From NCBI GenBank assembly GCA_963705305.1, contig OY970067.1, forward strand, positions 4,128,001 to 4,192,000: a stretch of DNA of 64,000 nucleotides, given 5' to 3'. This stretch comes from an uncultured Methylomirabilota bacterium. Lineage in GTDB: Bacteria > Methylomirabilota > Methylomirabilia > Methylomirabilales > 2-02-FULL-66-22. Of the stretch, positions 47,602 to 58,300 are shown in pieces. Position 1 is the stretch's first letter; each line of letters starts with the position of its first letter. Under the pieces are notes generated by a model that did no database searches, had not been told where the DNA came from, and was given only the letters and a program-made list of their open reading frames with translations. The position numbers were made by a program, and so were the translations under genes.

Positions 47602-48267
47602 ATGGCGCCAAAGATCGCGGTACTGCAGGCCTATCTCGGGATTTCGTCTCAGAGCGAGGAGGGCGCGATCCTCCGGCTGCTGATCGAACTGGTGGCCCAA
47701 TGCGTGGGGGCGCAGGAGGGCTCTCTCCTGGTGTTCGATGAAAAGAAGAATGACCTGGTATTTGCCATGACGGTTGGCGACACGTCGTCGGAAAAGGTCC
47801 TGGTCGGCCAGCGGGTTCCGCTGGGACAGGGGATCACCGGGCTGGCGGCGCAGCTGCGCGAGGTGCAGATCGGGGCACCGACCTTCAAGACGCGTCAGGC
47901 CAAGCACCGCGGGGGAGCCCCTCAAGAGCCGCAAGCGGTGCTGGCAGCGCCCATGCTGGTTTCCGACCGGCTGATCGGCGTGCTGACGGCAGTCAGCTTC
48001 GCGCCAGGGAAACGGTTCACCAGCGGCGACGCGCTCTTGTACGGCCGCCTGGCCGCGGTCGCCGGAGTCGTGGTGGATCAGGCGCACCGGCTGCGGGCCG
48101 TCACCGCCCTGCAGCGCGGGCAGCGTCCGCCTGGGGGGATCGGCCGGGCGCTGCGGCTCGAGAACGCCATCGTCGATGCCGTCACGCGGTTGACTCGCTC
48201 GCGGCCGCACGCCAAGAGCGACATTGCCAGGCTGCTGACGGCCGTGGCTGACCTGCTCGAGCCGTAA
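47602..48267 (+). CDS. Stand-alone GAF-domain protein
   Basis: GSLLVFDE..LVF; VPLGQGITG; LAAPML..LIGVL. Confidence 0.82.
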   Translation: MAPKIAVLQAYLGISSQSEEGAILRLLIELVAQCVGAQEGSLLVFDEKKNDLVFAMTVGDTSSEKVLVGQRVPLGQGITGLAAQLREVQIGAPTFKTRQAKHRGGAPQEPQAVLAAPMLVSDRLIGVLTAVSFAPGKRFTSGDALLYGRLAAVAGVVVDQAHRLRAVTALQRGQRPPGGIGRALRLENAIVDAVTRLTRSRPHAKSDIARLLTAVADLLEP

Positions 48268-48278
48268 TCGGGGGAGAC

Positions 48279-49040
48279 GTGGCCGCCCGGACGCTGTTGC
48301 ATATCCTCAAGGCGGGATTCAGGGACCTCAGGCGGCGCAGGCGGGAGCCGGTCACGGTGGCCGTCGTGGATAGCGGCATCGACGGCACTCACCCGCAGCT
48401 GGCGGGGCGGATCGTTCGGGCTGTCCAGGTCACCCCGCAGGGCAGGCAGCAGCGGGTCATCGAGAGCCCTGTGCCGAGCAACCAGGATGTCTACGGTCAC
48501 GGCACCGCCGTCGCCAGCATCATCTGCAAGCTTGCACCCAACGCCAGAATCCTCGACGTGCGCGTGCTCGACGCCGAGAACGTGTGTACTGGAGACACGC
48601 TGATCGCGGGCTTTCGCTGGGCGGTCGAGTCCAGGGCCCGGATTATCAACATGAGCCTGGCGGCCAACGCCCGGTTCGCCGCGGCGCTGCGCCAACTCTG
48701 CGATGCCGCCTACCGTCAGAACCAGCTCGTCGTCGCCGCGCGGCGCAACATGCCGCTCACCGACCAGGGCTTTCCCGCCGAGGTGGCCACCTGCATCGGG
48801 GTGGATATTAAGAAGTTGCGGTCGCAATTCGAGCTTATATTTCAGGACAACCACATTATCGAGTTTGCGGCCCATGGCGAGGGAGTGGTGGTGGCTGCAG
48901 CTGGCGGCGGTCACACCACGATGACGGGGACCAGCTTTGCCACGCCCGCGGTGAGCGGCCTGTGTGCGCTGCTGGTGGGCGCGTACCCCGATCTCCGGCC
49001 GTTCGAGGTGAAGAGCGTGCTGCGCGCCTTCGCCGTGTGA
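48279..49040 (+). CDS. Minimal cytoplasmic S8 (subtilisin-like) serine peptidase
   Basis: Catalytic triad DSGID / HGTAVA / GTSFATP; no signal peptide or prodomain. Confidence 0.9.
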   Translation: MAARTLLHILKAGFRDLRRRRREPVTVAVVDSGIDGTHPQLAGRIVRAVQVTPQGRQQRVIESPVPSNQDVYGHGTAVASIICKLAPNARILDVRVLDAENVCTGDTLIAGFRWAVESRARIINMSLAANARFAAALRQLCDAAYRQNQLVVAARRNMPLTDQGFPAEVATCIGVDIKKLRSQFELIFQDNHIIEFAAHGEGVVVAAAGGGHTTMTGTSFATPAVSGLCALLVGAYPDLRPFEVKSVLRAFAV

Positions 49041-49097
49041 GGGGGTCGGGCCGAAGGGGCGCCCTGCATTTGTGATGGGCCGAAACAGAGTCATCGA

Positions 49098-49838
49098 ATG
49101 GCGTGCTCTGCCAAGCTGGAGTTGGATCCGAAGAACTTCTTCCGTCTCTCCAACGGACGCCTGCTGACGGCCCCGCCGGAAATCCCGTTCAGGGAAATGT
49201 TCTCCGAGATCGTCGAATCGGGCTGTTACCTGCCTTCGGCCGAATTTCGGATCGGGGCAGGGGAAATCGTGCTTGATATCGGGGCGAACGTCGGCCTGTT
49301 CTCGATGTGGGTCGCCCTGAACGTCCCGTCGGCGAGAGTCTACGCATTCGAGGCTGCCTCCGACAATTATCTGGCGCTGGCCGAGAACGTCCGGAGCAAT
49401 CACCTGACAAGCGTCTCGGTCCACCATTACGCTGTGTCGGACGGCGGCAGCTCCCGGGTAACCCTCTACCGCGGATACCATGGCGGGATTCATTCCATCT
49501 GCCCGGAGTACCGGAATTGGCCTGCTTCGGCGAAAAGGGAGCGCCGGACGGAGAAAGTCCGTGCCATCACGCTGTCGCAGATCTTGCGGCGATTTCAGAT
49601 CGAGCGCGTCGATTTTCTGAAGCTGGGTTGCGAAGGGGCCGAATACGAGATTCTCTTCTCGGCGTCGCGGGCAACGCTCTCGCGGATTCGAAGGATCGTC
49701 GGCGAGTACCACGACCTGGACGCCGAGCGGCACGGAGGAGTCCTGAAGGCGTTCCTGACGCAGAACGGATTTCACACCGCTTTCAAGGCGGCCGGGCGGG
49801 GGAGGCCATGGGGAATATTCGCGGCGCTTTCCCGCTGA
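49098..49838 (+). CDS. FkbM-family methyltransferase
   Basis: LDIGANVGLFS, VYAFE, KLGCEGAEYEIL, GEYH. Confidence 0.85.
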   Translation: MACSAKLELDPKNFFRLSNGRLLTAPPEIPFREMFSEIVESGCYLPSAEFRIGAGEIVLDIGANVGLFSMWVALNVPSARVYAFEAASDNYLALAENVRSNHLTSVSVHHYAVSDGGSSRVTLYRGYHGGIHSICPEYRNWPASAKRERRTEKVRAITLSQILRRFQIERVDFLKLGCEGAEYEILFSASRATLSRIRRIVGEYHDLDAERHGGVLKAFLTQNGFHTAFKAAGRGRPWGIFAALSR

Positions 49839-49873
49839 CCGATCGCAGAGCTCTCCCCGAGACGATTCGCTAG

Positions 49874-51637
49874 ATGATACATTCGATCGTACTGCCGGGG
49901 CGCTTCCCGACCACGTTCTACGCCTATCCGGAGTTCACCCTCCTCACCCGGCGGGTTCACGAAGAGGTCTGCTTCGAGAACCTCAATCTCCTCTTTTGGG
50001 ATTACCTGTTCTCCGCGGATTTCCTGGGATTCCTGCGGCGCCATCTCGGTCCGGCATCCTCCCCGCACTTCGACTTCCTGTCGGCCGTCATCGACTCCGG
50101 CACCATGGCCACGCTCCGCGACCGGAAATTGTTCTATGACGCGGAGCGATACCTGGCTGCCATCTTCTGCCTCGGCGGTTACCTGGGAGCGGCCTCCGAT
50201 CTCCTGCGGCAGATCAGCGGAGGCACCTTGCAGGGGATCTCGCTCTATGGCGTGAGCTACGACACGCGGCGCCCCCTCGGAGAGGTGCTGGCCTATGCCG
50301 GAAGCGACCGCAACCCCTTCATGGATTTTTGCCGGACGCGGCCGGAGCCGATCCGGGAGATCTTCGATGCGGATATCGTCAGCGCCGTGACCTACAATTA
50401 CACCGATTTCCTGCATCTGGGTGTCCTGAGCGAGCGGTACCGGCGGCCCGGCACCAGCGTGTTCGTCCATGGCCACAGCTGGGAGAACAACGCCGTCGAC
50501 TACCTGATCGAACACGCCGGCCGGTATGCCGAGTTCCTCCGGCACATCGACGGCATCGTTCTTGGGGAGGATGACCTCGCCGAGACGTTCAACCGGCTTG
50601 CCGAGGCGGGAGCGACGTCGGGAGTCCACAATCTCTACCGGTTCGGGGACGACCCACCTTCCGACCGCAGCAGCCGGGGCCGGCGGCGCAATCCTCTTGA
50701 TGACCTCGATTTCATCCGCTTGCGCCAGGAGGCGGAGCGGCAGCGCAGCAAGATATTCTCTCCCGAGCTGGTGACCCTGTACCGCCTCTCCGCGCGGGGC
50801 TGCTACTGGAGCCAATGCGCCTTCTGTCGGCACAACAGCCGGCACCCCGGGGGCCCTGACCGTCGGGATCAGCAGGCGGAGGATCCAACCCTGTGGCCCG
50901 TCAGGATGCGCCGGCTTTCCGCCATCTCCCCCGTCCTTGTCTTCTGCGACCAGGGAATCGATCCGGAAGTGGCGGCGGCACTGGCTGCCGCACCCCGGGA
51001 TGCCGACGGCGGGACCACCTGGTCGCTTCGGACGCGAATCGATCCCCGCTGGGATGCCCGCCGTATCGCGACGGTGGCCCGCGGGGGGTGCGCCGAGCTG
51101 ATCTTGGGGATGGAGTCCGTCAACGACGAGACGCTGCGGCGGATGCGCAAGACTCCGCTGGGCGGAGAGGCATACCGTTCCCTGGTAAGGCAGATCCACC
51201 GCGAGTCCGTCTCCTGCGGCATATACAACCATTACTGCATGATCTATGGCTACCCGGGCGAGACCTATGAAGAATGCCGACAGACCCTCGGCTTCCTCGC
51301 GGACCTCGTCCGCAGCGCTCCCAAGACGACCTTCAGCCTGAACCGGTTCCAGCTCTTGTTCAAGTCGGACATCTACAATTCTCCCGAGGCGTATGGGATA
51401 CGCTCGGTGACCAAGGCCCCCTTCCTGTCCAACGCGTTTTGGTATGATGAGCCCGCCAGCACACGCAGCATCGAGCTGGTGGAAAATGGGCAGAGTGACT
51501 TCTATCGGGCAATAGGCTACCGCGAAGATATCCTGACCAACCGGATACTTCTGGAGACGGTTTCAGCCTTCATCAACGACAGCGGCCACGCGCCGCTGCT
51601 CAAAGCCGGCCACCCGAGAAATCCGTTCGTGGCGTAG
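49874..51637 (+). CDS. Radical SAM protein of B12-binding/methyltransferase-like type
   Basis: RGCYWSQCAFC (CX4CX2C), LGMES..LRRMRK, YGYPGET. Confidence 0.75.
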   Translation: MIHSIVLPGRFPTTFYAYPEFTLLTRRVHEEVCFENLNLLFWDYLFSADFLGFLRRHLGPASSPHFDFLSAVIDSGTMATLRDRKLFYDAERYLAAIFCLGGYLGAASDLLRQISGGTLQGISLYGVSYDTRRPLGEVLAYAGSDRNPFMDFCRTRPEPIREIFDADIVSAVTYNYTDFLHLGVLSERYRRPGTSVFVHGHSWENNAVDYLIEHAGRYAEFLRHIDGIVLGEDDLAETFNRLAEAGATSGVHNLYRFGDDPPSDRSSRGRRRNPLDDLDFIRLRQEAERQRSKIFSPELVTLYRLSARGCYWSQCAFCRHNSRHPGGPDRRDQQAEDPTLWPVRMRRLSAISPVLVFCDQGIDPEVAAALAAAPRDADGGTTWSLRTRIDPRWDARRIATVARGGCAELILGMESVNDETLRRMRKTPLGGEAYRSLVRQIHRESVSCGIYNHYCMIYGYPGETYEECRQTLGFLADLVRSAPKTTFSLNRFQLLFKSDIYNSPEAYGIRSVTKAPFLSNAFWYDEPASTRSIELVENGQSDFYRAIGYREDILTNRILLETVSAFINDSGHAPLLKAGHPRNPFVA

Positions 51638-51666
51638 AAGCTTGGCGGCTCGAGATTCTTCGCAGT

Positions 51667-52965
51667 TCACGGCGAGCGCTCGGTCCCTCGGAACGGGCGC
51701 GCGGCAGTCCCCGGCGTCCCGCCGGGCCGGACCGAGATCCGGGGACGGATTCGCGAGAGCTCCCTCAAGAAGATCAGGCCGCTGAGAAGACACACCCCGC
51801 CCCCCAGGGCGATCGTAGCCGGGGTGCCGATGCGACCGGCGAGAGCGCCCGAACACAGATTGCCCAGCGGCACGGTGCCCATGAAGGACAAGGCGAAAAG
51901 GCTCATCACCCGGCCCCGCTTATCCGCATCGGCAATCATCAGGAGAATGGTGTTGCTGGAGGCCATGATCAGCGTGATCCCGCAGCCGACCATGACGAGG
52001 AGCGCCACCGAGAGGCTGAGCGAGGGCGACAGGGAAAATAGGATGAGTCCGAGGCCGAACAGGCCGGCCCCCAGCACGATCGTCCGATCCAGCCCGAACC
52101 CGGTGCGCCGAGACCCCAGCCAGGCGGCGCCCAGAAGCGCCCCCATGCCGATGGATGCGACCAGGATGCCCAGGGTGTGGGGTCCCCCCTTCAGCACCGT
52201 GGCCGCCATGATCGGCATCAGGACGCCGTACGGGCTGCCGGCGAAGCATATGCACCCAACAAAGAGGAGGACGGCCCGGATCGGGGGAGAAGCGCACACA
52301 TAACGGATCCCCTCGACAAGCGTGGGAAGGACCGGCCCGGATGGGGTCTCTGCGCTTCCCGCCGAATGCCGCAGGGCGAGGAGGGCACCCAGGATGGCGA
52401 GGTAGCTGACCCCATTCGCCAGAAAGCACACCCCTTCGCCCCCCCAGGCAATGACCATCCCGCCCAGCGCGGGGCCGATCAGACGGGCGGAGTCATACAC
52501 CAGGGAGTGCAGGGCGATGGCGCTGGCCAGCTGCTCCCGGCTTTCCACGAGATGCGCGAGCAGCACCTGGCGGGCTGGGGCATCGATGCCGTTGAGGATT
52601 CCGAGGACGCAGCTCAGGCAGAGAATGATAGGAACGTCGAGGCGGCCGGCAAAGACGAGCAGTGCCAGCAGGACAGCCTGCAGCATGGCAAGCGATTGGG
52701 TCGCCAGCATGATCCGGTGCGGACGCACCCGATCGGCGAGGACGCCGGCGAGCAGGGCGGCTGGCACAGCGGGGAGTTCGCCCACGAACCCTACCAGCCC
52801 GAGGATGAGTGCCGAGTGGGTCAGCCGGTACACCAGCCAGCTCATTGCCACCATTTGCAGGAAAGTCCCGATCAGGGAGGGGGCCTGTCCTGCGATGAAG
52901 AGGCGGTAGTTTCTCGATCGGAGGGCCGGCCAGCCCCGCATCAGCGCTCCCCATAAGTCACACAT
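51667..52965 (-). CDS. MFS exporter (H+ antiporter/MFS_3-like)
   Basis: ALRSRNYRLF, GVLADR, DAPARQ, RGRVMS. Confidence 0.9.
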   Translation of the reverse strand: MCDLWGALMRGWPALRSRNYRLFIAGQAPSLIGTFLQMVAMSWLVYRLTHSALILGLVGFVGELPAVPAALLAGVLADRVRPHRIMLATQSLAMLQAVLLALLVFAGRLDVPIILCLSCVLGILNGIDAPARQVLLAHLVESREQLASAIALHSLVYDSARLIGPALGGMVIAWGGEGVCFLANGVSYLAILGALLALRHSAGSAETPSGPVLPTLVEGIRYVCASPPIRAVLLFVGCICFAGSPYGVLMPIMAATVLKGGPHTLGILVASIGMGALLGAAWLGSRRTGFGLDRTIVLGAGLFGLGLILFSLSPSLSLSVALLVMVGCGITLIMASSNTILLMIADADKRGRVMSLFALSFMGTVPLGNLCSGALAGRIGTPATIALGGGVCLLSGLIFLRELSRIRPRISVRPGGTPGTAARPFRGTERSP

Positions 52966-53097
52966 TGTCACCGCCTCTGTCGCGCGGGTGGAATGAACGT
53001 GTGAAAAGCCACGCCCGTATGCTATCATTCACGAGTTTGAAGCCAATCAATATTTCTGACCTGGCATCATCCATTGCGCCGTCGACGCCGGGTGGCC

Positions 53098-54198
53098 ATG
53101 CCCCGCAAGCTGCTCCTGGTTCATCACTTCCCCCTGCCGCGCGTCAGCGGCGTCACCGTGATGGTGTCCGACCTCTTGCAGCTGATCCCTGCCGTCGATT
53201 CCGGCACGTGCGCCGCCTACCAGAGCTTCGAGGGGCTGCGCACGCCCGCCGATCTCACCGAGTCGCTCGACTCGCGCTATCCGGACGCCGGTTGCGTCGT
53301 GGGCGTGAACCTTCATATCGAAGTGCAATGGGAGCTGAGCCTCGCGCTGTTCGAATGGTGCGAGCGCCGCGGCGTCCCCGCCTATGTCTACGTCCACGAC
53401 TACTGGCCTCATCATCGCGAGAATCTCCGCCTCCTGGCCGGCCGCTGCGGCGCCCGCCTTCTCGCCGCCACACCCTTCATTCTCGAGACGCTCGGGCAGG
53501 ACGCCTTCGAGGCGACGCTGGTCATGGTGGGCGTGCCGCTGGGGGACGATCTCCCCGCGGGGAGAGCCCTCTGGCCGTCCCCATTTCCCCGCCTCGTGGC
53601 GTCGGGTGGTCGCCTGGTGCCCCGCAAGCGTTTTCCCGACATCGTGCGCGCCTTCTGCCAGGCGCGGCTCGACGGCGCCGCCCGTCTCTACCTCAGGCTC
53701 CTGCCCAGTCTCGTCTACCCACCGGATGAGGACGACGAGCAGTTTCGTCGGCTGGAGGCCGAGGTGCGGGCGGGATGCGAGGGGTGCATTCATCTTCACC
53801 GCGTGATGATGGGACCGCTCGACTACGACGCGTATTCCGCCTACGTGTGCGCCTCCGGCTACGAGGGCTTCAGCATGACCCCCATCGAGGCGGCCCGTCG
53901 TGCCTGTCCCCCCATCATGTCGGATATCCCCGCCCACCGCGCGATCGCCGGCGCGCTGTTCGGCGATTCGGCCGCGGAGTTTCTCTATCCGATGGGCGAT
54001 CACCGGGCGCTCGCCGAACTGCTCCGGGACGAAATTGCGACCGGCTGGAGGCGGACGTTCCTGGCGGGCCGCCTCCAGGAGATGCGGGCGACGATCGAAT
54101 CGCGCTGGTCACTCCGGACCACCGCGCGAATGCTGGCGTTTCTGTCGCATGGCACTCGGTCGGCGGCCGCGACGGGCTCCTCCGGCGACCCCGCGTGA
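53098..54198 (+). CDS. GT4 glycosyltransferase
   Basis: GRLVPRKR, EGFSMTPIEA...SDIP. Confidence 0.8.
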   Translation: MPRKLLLVHHFPLPRVSGVTVMVSDLLQLIPAVDSGTCAAYQSFEGLRTPADLTESLDSRYPDAGCVVGVNLHIEVQWELSLALFEWCERRGVPAYVYVHDYWPHHRENLRLLAGRCGARLLAATPFILETLGQDAFEATLVMVGVPLGDDLPAGRALWPSPFPRLVASGGRLVPRKRFPDIVRAFCQARLDGAARLYLRLLPSLVYPPDEDDEQFRRLEAEVRAGCEGCIHLHRVMMGPLDYDAYSAYVCASGYEGFSMTPIEAARRACPPIMSDIPAHRAIAGALFGDSAAEFLYPMGDHRALAELLRDEIATGWRRTFLAGRLQEMRATIESRWSLRTTARMLAFLSHGTRSAAATGSSGDPA

Positions 54199-54232
54199 GG
54201 GGCGGTCGACGGAGGCGGCTGGAGACGGATCG

Positions 54233-55342
54233 GTGAGGGTGCTTTTTCTGCATCAGTTCGACCTCAACTTCGCCGGAGGCTCCGGGATCTACCTGCGGGC
54301 GCTCTGCAGCGCCCTCACCGGCCTCGGGCACCGCGTGGAAGTCGTCTCAGCCCGCCGGCCCGATCAATACGGTCTGACGGCCTACCAGCTTCCGTTCGAC
54401 TTCACGCTGTCCTTCGGCCCCGAAAAGCGCGACGGCGAGCGGACGCTGGACGAGCTGGGGACGGCCGATCTGCAGACATTGGCGGCGCGCGCGGCCGCCG
54501 CGCTCGAAGCCGAAGCGTTCGGCGACGGCCGGCCCGATTTGATCCTGGTCAATCACATCAACCTGATGGCGCAGGTGGGCTGGCGGCTCGGGAAGACGTT
54601 CGGCGTGCCCTACCGCATCATCAGCTACGGCACCGATACCAATCTGCTGCTGAGGGACGAGAGGTATGTGGGCCTCTTCCTCGAGGCGGCCTGCAACGCC
54701 GAGCGCATCTTCGCCATCAGTGGCTTTGTCGCGAGGGATATCGCCGCGACCATACCCGGCGGGAACATCCAGGTGCTGGGAGGGGCCGTAGACGAAGCGT
54801 TGTTCTACCCGTCGGAGACACTGCCGGACGGCTTGGGCAAGATTGCCTACGTCGGTCGCCTGGTGACCGAGAAGGGGATCTGGGCGCTCCTGGAGGCGTT
54901 CCAGATACAGCGCGCGGCCAGCGAGCTGCGCGTGGCAGGGGAGGGGCCGCTCCGGAGCGCGCTGGAAGCGTACCTGGCACACTCGGAACTTCGTGAGCGG
55001 GTGAGCCTTCTCGGGTACGTTCAGCCCAGCCGGCTCCGCGAGCTCCTGATCGATTCGGCGCTGCTTGTCGTGCCGTCCACGTGGCAGGAACCTTTGGGGC
55101 TGGTCGTGCTGGAGGCCATGGCCTGCGGGATCCCGGTGGTGGCCAGCGATGTGGGCGGCATTCCGGAGATGATCCGGCATGGGGTCGACGGATACCTGGT
55201 GCCGCCTGGGGACGCGAATGCCCTGGCGGCGGCAATCGACCGGATCCTTGGCGATCGCGCGCTCTACGACAGGATGCGACGCAGCCTTCGCCGGTTGACC
55301 ATCCCATCCTATCGCGACGTGGCGCGAAGGGCGATCGAATAG
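54233..55342 (+). CDS. GT4 glycosyltransferase
   Basis: GRLVTEKG, EPLGLVVLEAMACGIPVVASDVGG. Confidence 0.9.
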   Translation: MRVLFLHQFDLNFAGGSGIYLRALCSALTGLGHRVEVVSARRPDQYGLTAYQLPFDFTLSFGPEKRDGERTLDELGTADLQTLAARAAAALEAEAFGDGRPDLILVNHINLMAQVGWRLGKTFGVPYRIISYGTDTNLLLRDERYVGLFLEAACNAERIFAISGFVARDIAATIPGGNIQVLGGAVDEALFYPSETLPDGLGKIAYVGRLVTEKGIWALLEAFQIQRAASELRVAGEGPLRSALEAYLAHSELRERVSLLGYVQPSRLRELLIDSALLVVPSTWQEPLGLVVLEAMACGIPVVASDVGGIPEMIRHGVDGYLVPPGDANALAAAIDRILGDRALYDRMRRSLRRLTIPSYRDVARRAIE

Positions 55343-55352
55343 GCGGGGCAGG

Positions 55353-58300
55353 ATGCGGGTCTATATCTCGTCGACGTATGCGGACCTCGCCGACCACCGG
55401 AAGGAGGTCTGCGATAAGCTGCGTCGGCTGGGGCACGACATCGCACGCATGGAGGACTATGTCGCAAGCGATGAGCGTCCCGTGGATAAGTGCATTGCCG
55501 ATGTCCGGAGCTGCGATATCTATATCGGGATCTTTGCATGGCGCTACGGCTACATCCCGCCCGGCCACGATCGCTCCATTACCGAGCTCGAATATCGGGC
55601 CGCCACCGAAGCCGGGAAGCCGCGGCTGATCTTCCTCTGCGATGAGTCCGCGCCGTGGCCCCGCAACCAGATCGAGGGCGGGGCCGGCGGAGTAAAGATC
55701 GAGCAGCTCAGGACCGAGCTCGCCACCAATCACGTCGTCAGCTTTTTCAAGAGTGCCGAGGAGCTCGGTCGCCTGGCAGCCGCGGCCATCGCCCAGCGCG
55801 CGCAGCAGCGGCTGGATGAGGACGTTGCCGGTCTGCGCACTCGCCAGGTGGACGAACAGCGTGGGCGCGTTCGCGAGCCCGAGCGCGTCGTGAACCTGCC
55901 GCCGATCGAGGTGTCGCGGTTTGTCAACCGGGAGGTGGAGCAGGCGGACTTTCGCCGCTTCCTCTCCGACGGAACCGTCCGGCTGGTGGCCGTGGTCGGC
56001 CGGGCCGGCATGGGAAAGAGCGCGCTGGCAAGCCGGACCCTCACGGAGCTCGAGCAGGCCGCTCGCAGCGGAGAGCCCGGTGCCAGCGGCTTGCGCGTGG
56101 ACGGCATCCTCTACCTGAGCGCGGGCAGCACCGGGCTGGATCTCGATCACCTCTATGCGGGCATCCGCAGGATGCTCGACGAACAGGAGGCGGCCAAGAT
56201 CGCCTCCACATGGGCCCGCACGGACGCCACGGTCGCCGAGCGGGTGGACGCGCTCCTGGCGACCTTGCGAGGCGGCCGGCACCTCATCCTGCTCGACGGC
56301 ATGGACACGATCATCGGGGCCGACGGCGGGATCGCCGACGAGGGCCTCCGGGGCTTCGTAGACGGATGCTTGTCCCGGGCCGGCCGCACGACGCTGATCG
56401 TGACCTCGCGCATCGATTTTCCCATCTCCGCCAAGAGTCTCCAGGGATCGCGCGTCATCCGGCTGCGCGAAGGTCTCAAAATGGAACACGCGGCGCAGCT
56501 CCTGGAGAGTCTCGATCCCCAAGGCGAGCTGGGCCTGCGCGGCGCCCCGGCGGAAGAGCTCAGGCGGGCGGCAGAACTGAGCGGCGGCATCCCGCGCGCC
56601 CTCGAGGTCCTGGCGGGCATTCTGCAGCAGGATCCCTCCCTCACCTTGCACGACCTGCTCGCCGACGACTCCGCCCTGCGCAGCCAGACTGTGGAAGGCT
56701 TGGTGGCGGAGGCGTATCGCCGCCTGGGAGCAGACGAGCGACATGTCATCCAGGCGGTGGCCGTCCTCAACCGGCCGGTCCACAAGACGGCCATCGCGTA
56801 CGTCCTGCACCCGTGGCTCCCGCTGATCGATATCCCCGCTGCGCTCAAACGCCTGACGAGCACCTATTTCATCTCGACCAGCCGCGGCAGGGAAGAGTAC
56901 CAGTTGCAGCCACTGGACCGCGAGCACGCCTACAAGCAGATCCCCGAGACGCGGGATGGCGCTGGCGAAGGCGATCCCCCCTATTCGCGGGCGGACCTCG
57001 AACGACGGGCCGCCGATTTTTACGCCAGCATTCGGAAGCCGGCAGCGGAATGGCGCTCGATCGAAGACCTGGGACCGGCGATCGCCGAGGTCGAGCATCG
57101 TGCGAAGGGCGGCGACTTCGATCGGGCGCTCGAAGTCATGGATTCCATCGACGCGGGGCACCTGTTCCTCTGGGGGCACTACACCCGCATCGTGGAGCTC
57201 AGGAAGCGCATGATCGACACGCCCGCGGCGCCGCGTTTGCGGGCGGCCAATCTCGCCAGCCTGGCGACCTGCTGCCAGGTTCTGACACAGTTCGACGCGG
57301 CCGTCCAGTATTACGAGGCCGCCGTCGGCATCGCCCGGGACAGCGGCGACCGTGCCGGCGAGGCCCGCTATATCGGCCACCTCGGGCGGCTCTACCGGAA
57401 CCTCGGCTACATCGATAAGGCGATGAGCTGCTCGAACGAGGCCCTCGCCTTTGCTCTGGAAGGGGGGGACCGGCGCGCCGAGGCGCTCTGGACCGACCGG
57501 CTCGGACTTTGTACCGCCTTGATCGGACGGCTCGAGGAGGCCGAGGGGCTGTACGCCCGTGCGATTGCGATCGCGCGCGAGGTGCAGGATCGGCAGACGG
57601 AGGGGGCGGCGCTCGGTAACCTCGGATTGGTGTACGAGGACCTGGGGCGGTTGGAGGCGGCGGCGGGGTGCTTTGCGGCCTCGCTCGACATCTACCGGGA
57701 GATCGGCGACCGGCGCGGCGAGGCCATCCTGCTCGGCCGGCTGGGTACGGCCGCCGAGGACGCCGGCGATCACGGGAAAGCCCTCGAGCAGCACACGCTG
57801 GCCCTGACCATCGCGAGGGATCTCAACGAGCATCGGGAGGAGAGCTATCAGCTGCTGGGAATCGGGAGGGCTCTCCTGGGGAGCGGCGAGTATGCCAAGG
57901 CAGAGCAGCAGCTTCGGGCCGCGCGGGATCTAAACGTGCCGGAGACGAGCTACCTGGCGGCGGTGGCCCTGGGTCTGGTCCTCTTGCGTCAGCGGGACCG
58001 GATGGCTGCCGACGCGTTTCGCGACGCCGTCCGGCGATGCACCGAGCGGCTGCAGCGCAACGATCGACTCTACCGGGCCCGCTACGCCCTGGCCACGGCG
58101 ACCGTTGGATGCGTGGTGTGTACCCCGGCATGGGCCGGGGAGGAGGGCCGAGCGGGCCTTTTGGCTCCGGCAATTGCGGAGTACGAGCGGGCGCTCGGCA
58201 ACTGCGCGGGATGCGGCATCGTGGTCGCCGCCCTCCGCGACCTCGAGCAGATGCAGGCCGCCGGCCTCGAGGGCCTCGATTCCGTGATGCGTGTCCTCGA

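Noticed and set aside
47437..48210. N-terminal extension of the 719-aa rSAM ORF in the track
   Set aside because: It is the antisense shadow of the GAF gene; the real start is probably near 47436.
49620..49640. FkbM motif KLGCEG instead of KxDxEG as a sign of novel chemistry
   Set aside because: It is a single-base difference in an error-prone sequence and cannot be interpreted alone.
54717..57833. Long antisense ORFs (1038 aa here; also 8514-10352, 23326-25092, 48078-49775)
   Set aside because: They are stop-poor shadows of well-supported genes in GC-rich DNA and have no motifs of their own.
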